NCBI GenBank assembly: GCA_040877955.1
Contig: JBBDMZ010000020.1
Coordinates: 13,849-77,848 of the forward strand
Reading direction: 5' to 3'
Length of the DNA stretch: 64,000 nt
Source of the DNA: Dehalococcoidia bacterium
Lineage (GTDB): Bacteria; Chloroflexota; Dehalococcoidia; Tepidiformales; Tepidiformaceae
Shown: positions 36,749 through 45,878 of the stretch, piece by piece
Layout: every line of letters begins with the position of its first letter
Position numbering within the stretch: position 1 is the first letter of the stretch
The notes under the pieces: generated by a model
What the model was told of the DNA's origin: nothing
The model's database searches: none
Seen by the model: only the letters and a program-made list of their open reading frames with translations
Program-made: the position numbers and the translations under genes

Positions 36749-37285
36749 ATGGTCGAGCGCGTGGCGCGGATGGCGGTTGGGCCGCTGGTGCTGGCCGGGT
36801 TCTTCCTGCCCTGGGCACACGGCCCGAGCGTGCTCGCCCAGGAGAGTTACTCCGGGTTCGAGCTCGTGGGCTTTGCCGGGCGGCTCCAGGCCCTGGACCT
36901 CGGCTTCTCCGCGAGCGCGACGCTCTGGTCTGTGCGGCTGCTCATCCTCGGTGTGGCGATCGCGGCCGCCTGGCACACGGTGCTCGCGCCCGTGGCACGC
37001 TGGCACTTCGCCTACCCCGTCAGCGGCTGGTACCTGGGCATCGGCGGAGGCATCGCCGCGGGCATCGGCATATGGCGCGCCGGCATCGAGCCGCCGCCGC
37101 TCGGGCTGGGGCTGTGGCTGGCGGGCGGGGTGCTCTTCGTGGCGTGTGAAATGTTGTCGTTCAGGCGCATCGGTCCCAGCGCGAGCATCAGCGAGCGTGC
37201 GATGGTGCCAGTCGCCACACCTTCCGGCGTTCGGAACGATCACTCCCCCTCTCCCGCGGAGTCGGGAAAGGGGGCCGGAGGGTGA
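36749..37285 (+). CDS. polytopic membrane protein (hypothetical)
   Basis: about 4 hydrophobic segments; the 3' end runs into the repeat at 37243-37288. Confidence 0.5.
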   Translation: MVERVARMAVGPLVLAGFFLPWAHGPSVLAQESYSGFELVGFAGRLQALDLGFSASATLWSVRLLILGVAIAAAWHTVLAPVARWHFAYPVSGWYLGIGGGIAAGIGIWRAGIEPPPLGLGLWLAGGVLFVACEMLSFRRIGPSASISERAMVPVATPSGVRNDHSPSPAESGKGAGG

Positions 37286-37288
37286 GGG
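37243..37288. repeat. solo copy of the hairpin repeat that flanks the DUF559 cassette (family D)
   Basis: ctccccctctcccgcggagtcgggaaagggggccggagggtgaggg resembles 49486-49530. Confidence 0.5.
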
Positions 37289-37360
37289 CGGGATCGGGAC
37301 GCTGGTTCGCCGGGCCGACATCGCACGCTCGCTGATGCTCGCGCTCCGACTGGTTGACTC

Positions 37361-38296
37361 CTACTTGAAGTGCGGGAGGACGGTCTCGGCGAAGAGCTTC
37401 GCGGGCTCGCGGGTGTCGCGGCCGAAGAACTCCATCACGAACATCGTGCAGCCCAGGTCGATGTGCTTCTGGATCTGGGCGCGCACGGTCTCGGGGCTGC
37501 CCGCGATGGCGAGGGGGCCGGTGGGGTCGCCCATGTGGCCGCCGAAGATCTTCTTCGCGGTCTCCACCATTGGGCCGGCGCTGGCCTCGTCCGGGGCGAT
37601 GGTGACCAGGCACTGCTGGCTGATCGTGATGCTCGACGGGTCGCGGCCGGCCTCCTGGCAGCGCTCCTTCAGCACCTCGACCTTGCGCGGGAGGAGGGCC
37701 TGCTGGCCCGCGAGGTTGTTCCAGATGTCCGCGTGCTTGGCGGCGATCCTGAGCGTGACCTTTTCGCCCCCACCGCCGACGAGGATGGGGACCTGCCGCG
37801 GAGGCTTCGGCTCGCAGACCACGCGCTGGGCCTGCACGAAGCGGCCCTCGAAGGTGACCTCTGGCTCGTCGCCCCACATGCGCTTGAGGAGCTGGATGGT
37901 CTCGTCGAGCTGCTTGAGCCGCTGACCCGTACCGTGGAAGGGGACGCCGAAGTCGGTGAACTCGCGCGGCATCCAGCCGCCACCGAGGCCAGCGATCACA
38001 CGCCCGCCGGCGATGTTGTCGACCGTCGCGATGATCTTGCCGAGGTGCGCGGGGTTGCGCATGCCCGCGGGCGTCACCAGCGTGCCCAGCTCGACCTTGT
38101 CCGTTACAGCGGCAAGGGCCGAAAGGAGCGACCACGCCTCGAGGATGGGGATGGTCGGCGACTGCGGCCCGTAGAGGTGGTCGCACACCCAGAGGGAGTC
38201 GTAGCCCATGGCCTCGAACTCGCGCGAGGCGGAGCAGCTCTCCTCCCAGGTGCGCTTGATCTGGGGGACGGTGACGCCGAAATGGACCGCGGGCAT
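37361..38296 (-). CDS. LLM-class (luciferase-like) flavin/F420-dependent oxidoreductase
   Basis: MPAVHFGV...GYDSLWVCDHL...GRVIAGLGGGW motifs; internal ATG 38296 chosen. Confidence 0.85.
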   Translation of the reverse strand: MPAVHFGVTVPQIKRTWEESCSASREFEAMGYDSLWVCDHLYGPQSPTIPILEAWSLLSALAAVTDKVELGTLVTPAGMRNPAHLGKIIATVDNIAGGRVIAGLGGGWMPREFTDFGVPFHGTGQRLKQLDETIQLLKRMWGDEPEVTFEGRFVQAQRVVCEPKPPRQVPILVGGGGEKVTLRIAAKHADIWNNLAGQQALLPRKVEVLKERCQEAGRDPSSITISQQCLVTIAPDEASAGPMVETAKKIFGGHMGDPTGPLAIAGSPETVRAQIQKHIDLGCTMFVMEFFGRDTREPAKLFAETVLPHFK

Positions 38297-38399
38297 GGCG
38301 AGCTCCTGTAGGAAGGTTGGCAGGTGGGAAGGTTGGGAGGTCGGGCCGCGCGCGTCAACCGGCCCGAGCGGGACGCGCCGTTCGGCCCCATGCGCCAAG

Positions 38400-38930
38400 A
38401 TGGGGAGGATGGAGAGCAGCGCCGCGCCCGACCCGCAGATCAGCCCGGTCCAAGAGGACTACCTGCGCTCGTTGATGTTCGGGCTCCAGGACGGGCTCGT
38501 CTCCACCACGGGCGTCGTCGTGGGGATCTCCGCCGGGGTCAGCGATAAGGATGTCATCATCCTCGCGGCATTCGTGGCCGTTCTCGTGGAGGCCACATCC
38601 ATGGCCGCGGGCCAGTACTCGTCGGAGAAGTCGGTCCACCAGATCGACCGGTCCGGACGGCACACCGACAGCCTCCTCATCGGCGCGGGGATCATGTTCG
38701 TCGCCTACCTCGTCGGCGGCATGTTCCCGATCGTCCCGACGATTCTCCTCGGCCGGCCCGAGGCGCAGGTGGTCGCCGTGCTCGCGGCTTTCGCGGGCCT
38801 TTTCACCGTGGGGTTCGTGAAAGGGAAAGTGGTGGAGCAGCCGCCACTGCGGAGCGCGGTTGAGCTATTCGTGATCGGGGCAGTCGCCACGAGCATCGGC
38901 CTTGCCGTCGGCTTCTTCCTGAAGGTGTAG
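38400..38930 (+). CDS. VIT1/CCC1 family iron/manganese transporter
   Basis: LRSLMFGLQDGLVSTTGVVVGISAG and MAAGQYSS motifs. Confidence 0.85.
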   Translation: MGRMESSAAPDPQISPVQEDYLRSLMFGLQDGLVSTTGVVVGISAGVSDKDVIILAAFVAVLVEATSMAAGQYSSEKSVHQIDRSGRHTDSLLIGAGIMFVAYLVGGMFPIVPTILLGRPEAQVVAVLAAFAGLFTVGFVKGKVVEQPPLRSAVELFVIGAVATSIGLAVGFFLKV

Positions 38931-38938
38931 CGCTGGCT

Positions 38939-39190
38939 TCAACGCTGCTGGCGAGTGCGGTCCGGGGTGCCAGCGAGGAGACCGGCGACGCTCAAGTCCT
39001 CGTCGACCTCCTCCCAGTGGATGCCACGGCCGCCGCCGCTGAGTTCGTAGCTCGCCCGCTGTTCCGGGGTGGCGTGGAGGAGCCGAGGGTAGAAGTCGAG
39101 GGGTACCGAGAGCCGCCGACCGTCAGCGAGCTCGATCCATAGGGTGTACTCATCGGACCAGATGGTCGTTGCAGCAGGGTCATGGACCAT
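38939..39190 (-). CDS. DUF2442 domain protein
   Basis: LWIELADGRRLSVPLDFYPRLLHATPEQRASYELSGGGRGIHWEEVDEDLSV. Confidence 0.7.
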   Translation of the reverse strand: MVHDPAATTIWSDEYTLWIELADGRRLSVPLDFYPRLLHATPEQRASYELSGGGRGIHWEEVDEDLSVAGLLAGTPDRTRQQR

Positions 39191-39231
39191 GGGTGTGAGG
39201 ATAGCTCTCGCTGACGCTCCTGGCTCCGAGG

Positions 39232-39864
39232 GTGGCACAATTTGGTACGATGGGTTTTCCCATGCAATCGACTGAGAAACACACACCTGCTCTCAATGGG
39301 CACATCGTGGACGACGATCGGATACGCGCGGCCGTGAGCGAGATGCTGCTGGCCATTGGCGAGGACCCGTCGCGCGAGGGGCTCATGGATACACCGCGGC
39401 GCATCGCCGACATGTATGCGGAGATCTTCAGCGGCCTCGCCGTCGACCCGGCGGACTACCTCAAGGTGGGCTTCGAGGTCGCGCACGACGAGATGGTGAT
39501 CCTGCGCAACATTCCCTTCTATTCGATGTGCGAACACCACTTCCTTCCGTTCCACGGCCAGGCCTCCGTCGGCTACATCCCGGACGGGCGCGTCGTCGGG
39601 ATCAGCAAGCTCGCGCGCGTGGTCGAGGCGTTCGCGCGCCGGCCCCAGCTCCAGGAGCGGCTCACCAGCCAGATCGCAGAGGCGATCATGGAAGCCCTGA
39701 ACCCCGATGGCGTGGCGTGCGTGATCGAAGCCGAACACCTCTGCATGACCATGCGAGGCGTCCAGAAACCCGGCAGCCGCATGGTGACATCCGCCATGCG
39801 CGGCCTCTTCAAGCAGTCGTCCGTAACCCGTGGCGAGTTTCTCTCGCTCGTCCGGAGCGATTAG
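39232..39864 (+). CDS. folE: GTP cyclohydrolase I
   Basis: [22 protein letters not shown]...[10 protein letters not shown]...QERLT motifs. Confidence 0.95.
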   Translation: MAQFGTMGFPMQSTEKHTPALNGHIVDDDRIRAAVSEMLLAIGEDPSREGLMDTPRRIADMYAEIFSGLAVDPADYLKVGFEVAHDEMVILRNIPFYSMCEHHFLPFHGQASVGYIPDGRVVGISKLARVVEAFARRPQLQERLTSQIAEAIMEALNPDGVACVIEAEHLCMTMRGVQKPGSRMVTSAMRGLFKQSSVTRGEFLSLVRSD

Positions 39865-39869
39865 TCCGC

Positions 39870-40877
39870 ATGGCAGACCAGGCGACGGCGCTACCCACGA
39901 TCTCCGTCGAGTCCATCGAGACGCTCCGTGACGACTGGCTCGCCCTCTGGGAGGCGATCCCAAGCGCAACTCCGTTCACCCACCCCGACTGGCACGCCGG
40001 GTGGGCGCGCCAGGCATCAGAGCCCCGAGCGTTAGCGAGCGGGCCACTGCTCATCGCGGTCCGTGCGGAGGATCAACTGATTGGTGTGGCAGGGCTTGAA
40101 CCTGGTGCCCGGGTCGCGCGCCAGGCGGGGGACCCGAACGTGACCGACTACGCCGGCCCACTCGCCGTGCCGGGCCAGGAGGGGGCCGTCGCGTGCGGCA
40201 TCCTCGAGTGGCTCGTGGAGGACCTGACCACCGGCCTCGACCTCTGGGGCGTGCCCGAGGACTCACCCATGCGGGCGGCATTCCGGGTGGCCGCGGAACG
40301 CTTCGGCTGGAGCTACGACGAAGAACAGGAGGCGGTCTGCCCACGCGTCGAATTGCCCGGCGACTTCGGAAGCTACGTCGCATCGCTCAAGAAGCACGAG
40401 CGCCACGAGGTGCGGCGCAAGCTGCGCCACCTGGAGGCATCCGGGGCGGTCAGGTTTGAGTCCACGACCGGAAGCGCCGCGATCATGGCGCGCTTCGACC
40501 GCTTCCTCGAGCTCATGCGCCTCAGCCGCGCGGACAAAGACGAATTCTTGACGGAGCAGCGCGTCGCCTTCTTCGAGGACCTCGCGCGCACCTTCGGCGA
40601 CCTCGGGATTGCCCGCCTCGGCACCCTCTCCCTGGATGGCCGGGAGGCGGCAATGGTCTTCTGCTTCGAGGACGAAGCCACCACCTACCTCTACAACAGC
40701 GGCTACGACCCGGAACACGCGCACCTGGCGGTTGGGCTGATCTCGAAGGTCTACGCAATCCGCGACTCGATCGAGCGCGGGAAGCGTGTGTTCGACTTTC
40801 TCCGCGGCGACGAGGAGTACAAGCGCCACCTGGGCGGCCTGCCGCGTAATCTGCTCACACTGCGGCTGCGCGGCTAA
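39870..40877 (+). CDS. GNAT family acetyltransferase of the CelD/BioF2-like (FemAB-related) type
   Basis: MADQ start at 39870; C-terminal FDFLRGDEEYKRHLGG motif typical of this family. Confidence 0.7.
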   Translation: MADQATALPTISVESIETLRDDWLALWEAIPSATPFTHPDWHAGWARQASEPRALASGPLLIAVRAEDQLIGVAGLEPGARVARQAGDPNVTDYAGPLAVPGQEGAVACGILEWLVEDLTTGLDLWGVPEDSPMRAAFRVAAERFGWSYDEEQEAVCPRVELPGDFGSYVASLKKHERHEVRRKLRHLEASGAVRFESTTGSAAIMARFDRFLELMRLSRADKDEFLTEQRVAFFEDLARTFGDLGIARLGTLSLDGREAAMVFCFEDEATTYLYNSGYDPEHAHLAVGLISKVYAIRDSIERGKRVFDFLRGDEEYKRHLGGLPRNLLTLRLRG

Positions 40878-40907
40878 ACGTCCGCCCGCATGCGCTAGGC
40901 TGACTGT

Positions 40908-41315
40908 ATGCCCTGGTATGGATGGGTGCTCGTCGCCCTCTTCGTCATCTTCGCCCTTGCCGCGATCACGATGCGCATCCTGCGCTCGAGCCGCCGGGGC
41001 CGGAAGTTCATGAGCCTCTCGACCCGCGCGAAGATCGACTTTGGCCGCGCGCTCCTCGAAGACCCTCGACTGCCAATCCTCGACAAAGTCGCGCTCGGCA
41101 TTCTCGTCGGCTACCTGGCCATGCCGCTTGACCTCATCCCGGACTTCATCCCCGTGATCGGCCAGCTCGACGACTTCCTCATCGTCTCGCTTGCTGTCCT
41201 GCTACTGCTGAAGACGATCCCGCCCGCCCGGTTTGACGAGGCCGTCGCCCGCGCCGAACGGGACGAGGCGCGCCGCGCCGAGCAGGCGCGCGCGCCGGCC
41301 GCGCCCTCTCGCTGA
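40908..41315 (+). CDS. DUF1232 (YkvA family) membrane protein
   Basis: YLAMPLDLIPDFIPVIGQLDDFLIV signature. Confidence 0.8.
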   Translation: MPWYGWVLVALFVIFALAAITMRILRSSRRGRKFMSLSTRAKIDFGRALLEDPRLPILDKVALGILVGYLAMPLDLIPDFIPVIGQLDDFLIVSLAVLLLLKTIPPARFDEAVARAERDEARRAEQARAPAAPSR

Positions 41316-41410
41316 GAACACCACCCGCATTGCCAGCGTAGGTCTAGCTGCACGGCCGGGGCGAGGCCAACCTGGGGGGCTCGCCTCGCCGTGCCCGTTC
41401 TCGTGGTAGG

Positions 41411-41698
41411 ATGGATGGCATGAGGACTACCATCGACGCTGCCGGACGCATCGTCATCCCGAAGAAACTGCGGGACAAGGCGGGCCTGACCCCGGGGAGC
41501 AAGGTCGAGATCAAGGAGTGCGACGGTCGAGTGGAGATTGAAGCGATCTGGGAGGAGCCCCGACTTGAGTGGCGGGGCCGTTTCCTGGTCGCCGTCCCGC
41601 CCGAAGGCACCCCTCCACTGACTATTGAGGAGGTGGAGGAGGTGCGCCGGGCCATCTACGAGGAGCGAGCCCGCCGCGCGTGGGGCCTGGATGACTAG
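41411..41698 (+). CDS. AbrB/MazE/SpoVT-type antitoxin (VapB-like)
   Basis: TIDAAGRIVIPKKLRDKAGLTPGSKVEI swapped-hairpin motif; overlaps the downstream PIN gene. Confidence 0.8.
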   Translation: MDGMRTTIDAAGRIVIPKKLRDKAGLTPGSKVEIKECDGRVEIEAIWEEPRLEWRGRFLVAVPPEGTPPLTIEEVEEVRRAIYEERARRAWGLDD

Positions 41699-42122
41699 CT
41701 TCATGCCAGACACTAGCTGCATCGTGCCCCTCCTCGCGTCAGAACACGTTCATGCGGCGCGCGCATCGGACGCGATCGACAACCGCTTGGCCCGTGGGGA
41801 GACGATGATTCTTGCCGCTCACACGCTGCTCGAGACGTACGCGAACCTCACCTCGGCGCCTCGAGGCCCTCGGCCTTCTCCCGCGCAGGCAGTGAGCTTG
41901 CTCGACGCGTTCGTCGCCCGGGCCACCCGGGTCGTAGCATTGGATGGGCCAGCGTACGGTGCGCTCCTGCCTCGGCTGGCGCGACGCATGGTGGCCGGCG
42001 GCGCGGTCTACGACGCGTTGATCTACGAGTGCGCAAGGACGGCGCCGGTCGATGTCCTGCTTAGCTTCAATCAGCGTGACTTCGCTCGCTTTGGGACGGA
42101 GGTCCGTCTGGTCGTTCCGTGA
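41691..42122 (+). CDS. PIN-domain toxin (VapC-like)
   Basis: MTSFMPDTSCIVPLL (first acidic residue), later ...YDALIYECA...; 8-nt overlap with the antitoxin gene. Confidence 0.7.
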   Translation: MTSFMPDTSCIVPLLASEHVHAARASDAIDNRLARGETMILAAHTLLETYANLTSAPRGPRPSPAQAVSLLDAFVARATRVVALDGPAYGALLPRLARRMVAGGAVYDALIYECARTAPVDVLLSFNQRDFARFGTEVRLVVP

Positions 42123-42143
42123 TTCCCTGTACACTCCCACTCC

Positions 42144-43442
42144 ATGAACTGGCAGCCCGTTTTCGATGAGGCGCTCGACATCTTCGTGCGCTACCTCCAG
42201 ATCGATACCTCCAACCCACCGGGAAACGAGAAGCCCGCCGCACGCTTCCTCGGCAGCCTGATCGAGCGCGAAGGCATCGCCGTCGAGTACATCGAAACGG
42301 CGCCGAACCGCGAGGTCGCGGTCGCCACCCTGAAGGGCGACGGCTCGAAGCGGCCGCTCATGCTCTGCAACCACACGGATGTCGTGCCCGTCGAGGCACA
42401 GTACTGGGACGTGCCCGCCTTTGAGGGTGTCGTGAAGGACGGCCGCATCTATGGCCGCGGCGCAGTCGACATGAAGGGCTGCGGCGTGATGCAGCTCCTC
42501 GCGTTTCTGCTGCTCGCGCGCCAGAAGGCGCCGCTTAAGCGAGACATCGTCTTCTGCGCCGTGCCCGACGAGGAGGCCGGCAGCGAGCAGGGCATGGTCT
42601 GGCTCTGCGAGCACCGGCCCGACATCGTCGACGTGGAGTTCGAGCTGAGCGAAGGCGGCGGGGGTTCGTCCCGGTTCGGCGGCCGGCCCGCGAAGCTCTT
42701 CACGGTCGCCACCAACGAGAAGGACATCTGCTGGCTGCGGCTAACCGCCGTCGGAACGCCCGGCCATGGCAGCCGTCCGCACGCCGACAACTCGGCCGTC
42801 CACCTCATCCGCGCGCTCAACCGCCTGACCGACTGGGACCGCGGCGTGACCTTCACGCCCGACACCGAGGCGTACGTGGCGAAGTTGGCGGAGGCCGGGC
42901 TGCTGAAGGAAGCCGCGGACCGCGACTCCCTCGAGCAGCGGGTACGGGCGACACCCGAGTTCTATGCGATGTTCCTGAATACGCTGAACCTGACGATGCT
43001 CGATGCCGGCATCAAGGCGAACGTCATCCCCGCGAAGAGCACGGCCGTCATCGATTGCCGCCTGCTCCCGGGCCAGGCCAAGGACGACTGGATCCGCCAG
43101 GTGCGCGAGCGTATCGGCGACGATCGCGTGGTTGTCGAATTGGAGTCGCCGGATCAGGGCGAGCCACAGCAGGTGCCCTGGGACACCGAGCTCTTCCGCG
43201 TCATCAACGACGTCGTGAGGAGCGCGATGGAGGACGCGGTAGTCGTGCCAGGGATGACGATTGGCGGCACGGACAACCGCTTCCTGCGCGCGACGGGCAT
43301 CCCCGCCTACGGGTTCATCCCATGCCTGCTGTCGCCCGAGGAGCGGGCCGGCTTCCACGGCAACAACGAGTTCCTCACCATCGACAACCTCAACATGGGC
43401 GTCGAGCTGATGTACGAAGTCGTGCGGCGGATGTGCATTTAG
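42144..43442 (+). CDS. M20 family metallopeptidase
   Basis: NHTDVVP, GRGAVDMKG, VPDEEAG, GGTDNRF motifs; 432 aa. Confidence 0.9.
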   Translation: MNWQPVFDEALDIFVRYLQIDTSNPPGNEKPAARFLGSLIEREGIAVEYIETAPNREVAVATLKGDGSKRPLMLCNHTDVVPVEAQYWDVPAFEGVVKDGRIYGRGAVDMKGCGVMQLLAFLLLARQKAPLKRDIVFCAVPDEEAGSEQGMVWLCEHRPDIVDVEFELSEGGGGSSRFGGRPAKLFTVATNEKDICWLRLTAVGTPGHGSRPHADNSAVHLIRALNRLTDWDRGVTFTPDTEAYVAKLAEAGLLKEAADRDSLEQRVRATPEFYAMFLNTLNLTMLDAGIKANVIPAKSTAVIDCRLLPGQAKDDWIRQVRERIGDDRVVVELESPDQGEPQQVPWDTELFRVINDVVRSAMEDAVVVPGMTIGGTDNRFLRATGIPAYGFIPCLLSPEERAGFHGNNEFLTIDNLNMGVELMYEVVRRMCI

Positions 43443-43876
43443 GGGGAGTCCACGTCGACGCCAATGACCGTGTACCCCAATGCTCTCGCGGCGCGTGCGA
43501 GTCGGCGATCGTGCGTCACGAATGTAATGGGATCGGGATCGTCTAGGTCCTCGGCATTCACTGCAGCCGTCGCGAGATGAATGGCATCAAGCGTCCGTAC
43601 GTTGGACGAGAATGCGCCGGACGCTCGGTTCAGCACTTCGCGCGAAATACCCAGGAACGTCAGGCCCTCCTCCATCTCCGCGAGGGCTGCCATGCTATCG
43701 GCAACCCCGTCGTCGGAAAACTGCCCGTTCAACCGCAGGCGGTGGATCGCTCGCCGAACCTCGACGGCCACCAGGTCGCTGACGAACAGGATGTCGGCAA
43801 GTTCCCAGAACTCGACGACCTTCGGCTCCCGCAACACGACCGCAGCAACGACGCTCGAGTCCAGATGGACGGGCAC
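43439..43876 (-). CDS. PIN-domain toxin (VapC-like)
   Basis: MPVHLDSSVV...LDAIHLATA...FVTHDRRL; start overlaps the antitoxin stop. Confidence 0.8.
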   Translation of the reverse strand: MPVHLDSSVVAAVVLREPKVVEFWELADILFVSDLVAVEVRRAIHRLRLNGQFSDDGVADSMAALAEMEEGLTFLGISREVLNRASGAFSSNVRTLDAIHLATAAVNAEDLDDPDPITFVTHDRRLARAARALGYTVIGVDVDSP

Positions 43877-44130
43877 TACACGCGATCCTCGCGGTCCAAC
43901 AGTTCGATGATGTCAACGGACCCAGTTGGGCGGACCCCTTTGATCTTCGCGAGATCAGAGACGGGCCGCGTAGCCGGCCGGATCACCAGACCGCCGCGGT
44001 CATTCGGCCACGGCCGAAGCGCGGCAATCGCTCGCTCGCGGTCGCACACCACGATCGTCTCACCCGCTTCCGCGGCACGCAGGTACTCACTGAGGTGGGC
44101 CTTTAGCTCCGAGATTCTCACGCGTCTCAT
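43876..44130 (-). CDS. Phd/YefM-type antitoxin
   Basis: MRRVRISELKAHLSEYLRAAEAGETIVV. Confidence 0.8.
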   Translation of the reverse strand: MRRVRISELKAHLSEYLRAAEAGETIVVCDRERAIAALRPWPNDRGGLVIRPATRPVSDLAKIKGVRPTGSVDIIELLDREDRV

Positions 44131-44197
44131 CGTAGCTCCTCAAACCTGGCTCGCTCCGAGCGGTCCGGTGGCGCCACTACGGGCGCGGGACATATTC

Positions 44198-44446
44198 TCA
44201 TCGATCGCCGCGATCCTGTCGCAACAGGTCCACCACGTCGACCGGGTACCGGGGTGGTACGGCCTTGATAGCCCGCAGGTCGGTCTTGCTCACGGGAGGC
44301 CGCAACCGCAGCCCAGCCCCCACGGTTGGCGTCAACTGCGCGATCTCCCGCCCGCGTTTGCAGACGACGATCGTCTCGCCCGCCTCCGCAGCGCGCAGGT
44401 ATTGGCTAAGGTGAACCTTGAGCTCGGAGATTTTCACGCGCCTCAT
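44198..44446 (-). CDS. second Phd/YefM-type antitoxin, tandem paralogue with no toxin of its own
   Basis: MRRVKISELKVHLSQYLRAAEAGETIVV; similar to 43876-44130 over the full length. Confidence 0.75.
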   Translation of the reverse strand: MRRVKISELKVHLSQYLRAAEAGETIVVCKRGREIAQLTPTVGAGLRLRPPVSKTDLRAIKAVPPRYPVDVVDLLRQDRGDR

Positions 44447-44489
44447 GACCCCATCATGACCTGATCAGGTCAGGACGGCAAGCCGGCCT

Positions 44490-45644
44490 CTACCCAAACG
44501 GCAGCGCCCGCGCGGGCTGCTCGTACTCCTTGCGGGCGAGATCGGCGATCGCCCCCTCCAGTTCGACGCGCGGGACGGGTTGGGGCTCGCGGCAGTAGAC
44601 GAAGGCGGTCGCACAGTAGTCATCGACGCGTTCGGCGATGCCCTGGGCGTGGGCGCCGGGCCGGACGTTGCGGTCCCAGCCGGCGCCTGCGGCGGGGTGC
44701 GTCTCGCTGTACCGCGCGAACGCATCCTCCTGGCCCTCGGGGAAGAGCGCATAGCCGATCTGCTGGATGGTCACGCGCAGGTCGGTGGCGAAGACGATCG
44801 GGTCGGGAAGATGCCAGCGGTAGAAGCTCACCCAGTCGGGCTGGGCGGCTCCCTCCGGGCCGATGCTCGCGGGCGCCCCGGCGTAGGGGGCGTGGTGCTG
44901 GCCCATCCCCCAGGCAGTGCCGACGTAGTCCTCGAGCCCGGTGCCGCAGATGGTCGGGTTGGTGGTATCGCCGTCGCGGAAGACCTTCACCTCGCCCTCG
45001 CCATACCACACGCCCTCGTCCAGCACGCGGATACCAACGATGCACCCGAGGAAGCGCCCAGGCCCGCGAAGGCCCTCGACGATGGTGAAGTCCTCCCGCA
45101 TCCTGGTTGGGTTCTCACGGCGGAAGCTGGCGTGCAGGTAGCCCGCGTCCGCGGGCAGCTCGCGCTCGAGCGTGTAGTCGACCTGGAAGTAGCAGGGCAG
45201 GGTGCGCGTCGAGCCGTTCGTCAGCTCGAAGCGGATGCGTCGGCGAAAGGGCATGGGAAAGTAGGCGTTGAACCCGCGACCCTCCTGCGCGGACGTCAGC
45301 GCGGATGCATACGGCACCGCCCGGCCATTCGCCAGCCCGAAGAAGTCGAGCAGCGGCACCGAGATCGAGGGCTCCGCGAGGCCGTCGTAGAAGACGTCGA
45401 GTAGCCACGCGCGCAGAATCTCGGGCCGCGCGGGCGGTACGGTTACCCAGATGTGCCGCACGGTCCCCGGCCCGGCAATGTCCGCGAGCACCACACGCTC
45501 GCCCGGTTCGAACATGCGGGAAGGCGCTCCCTTGCGGCCCCCATGTGCCGTGCCACCGGCGCCGCGCTCCCCGGTCGGGTTCTCGAACGTGACGGCGCGG
45601 GAGTCGAGGGAGAGGTCGATGCAGGACGGATCAGTCGGAAGCAT
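44490..45644 (-). CDS. DUF2961 / glycoside hydrolase family 172-like protein
   Basis: FENPTGERGAGGTAHGGRKGAPS...GPGTVRHIWVT pattern recalled for DUF2961. Confidence 0.75.
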   Translation of the reverse strand: MLPTDPSCIDLSLDSRAVTFENPTGERGAGGTAHGGRKGAPSRMFEPGERVVLADIAGPGTVRHIWVTVPPARPEILRAWLLDVFYDGLAEPSISVPLLDFFGLANGRAVPYASALTSAQEGRGFNAYFPMPFRRRIRFELTNGSTRTLPCYFQVDYTLERELPADAGYLHASFRRENPTRMREDFTIVEGLRGPGRFLGCIVGIRVLDEGVWYGEGEVKVFRDGDTTNPTICGTGLEDYVGTAWGMGQHHAPYAGAPASIGPEGAAQPDWVSFYRWHLPDPIVFATDLRVTIQQIGYALFPEGQEDAFARYSETHPAAGAGWDRNVRPGAHAQGIAERVDDYCATAFVYCREPQPVPRVELEGAIADLARKEYEQPARALPFG

Positions 45645-45878
45645 GCGCGCATCCTACCGAACGCGCGCCGTCCGAGCGCGATGCGTCAGCGAGCGTGCGA
45701 TGTAAGCCGCGGAACGGACGCCTCCTCCGCAGGCAGGCGCGCTTTCTCTGCCCCCGAATCCGGCATTCGGACGATGAGAACGCAGCCGGGCATTAAGTTC
45801 CGCAATTTACAGATTGACTTTCTCAACTCTCGCCTGCAAAAGTATCGTTACTTCCTCCACCACCAAGGAGACACAGTC

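Noticed and set aside
38297-38399. Possible yybP-ykoY (Mn) riboswitch ahead of the VIT-family transporter
   Set aside because: The intergenic region is only about 100 nt and is shared with a divergent gene. It lacks the conserved GGGGAGUAG-type core.
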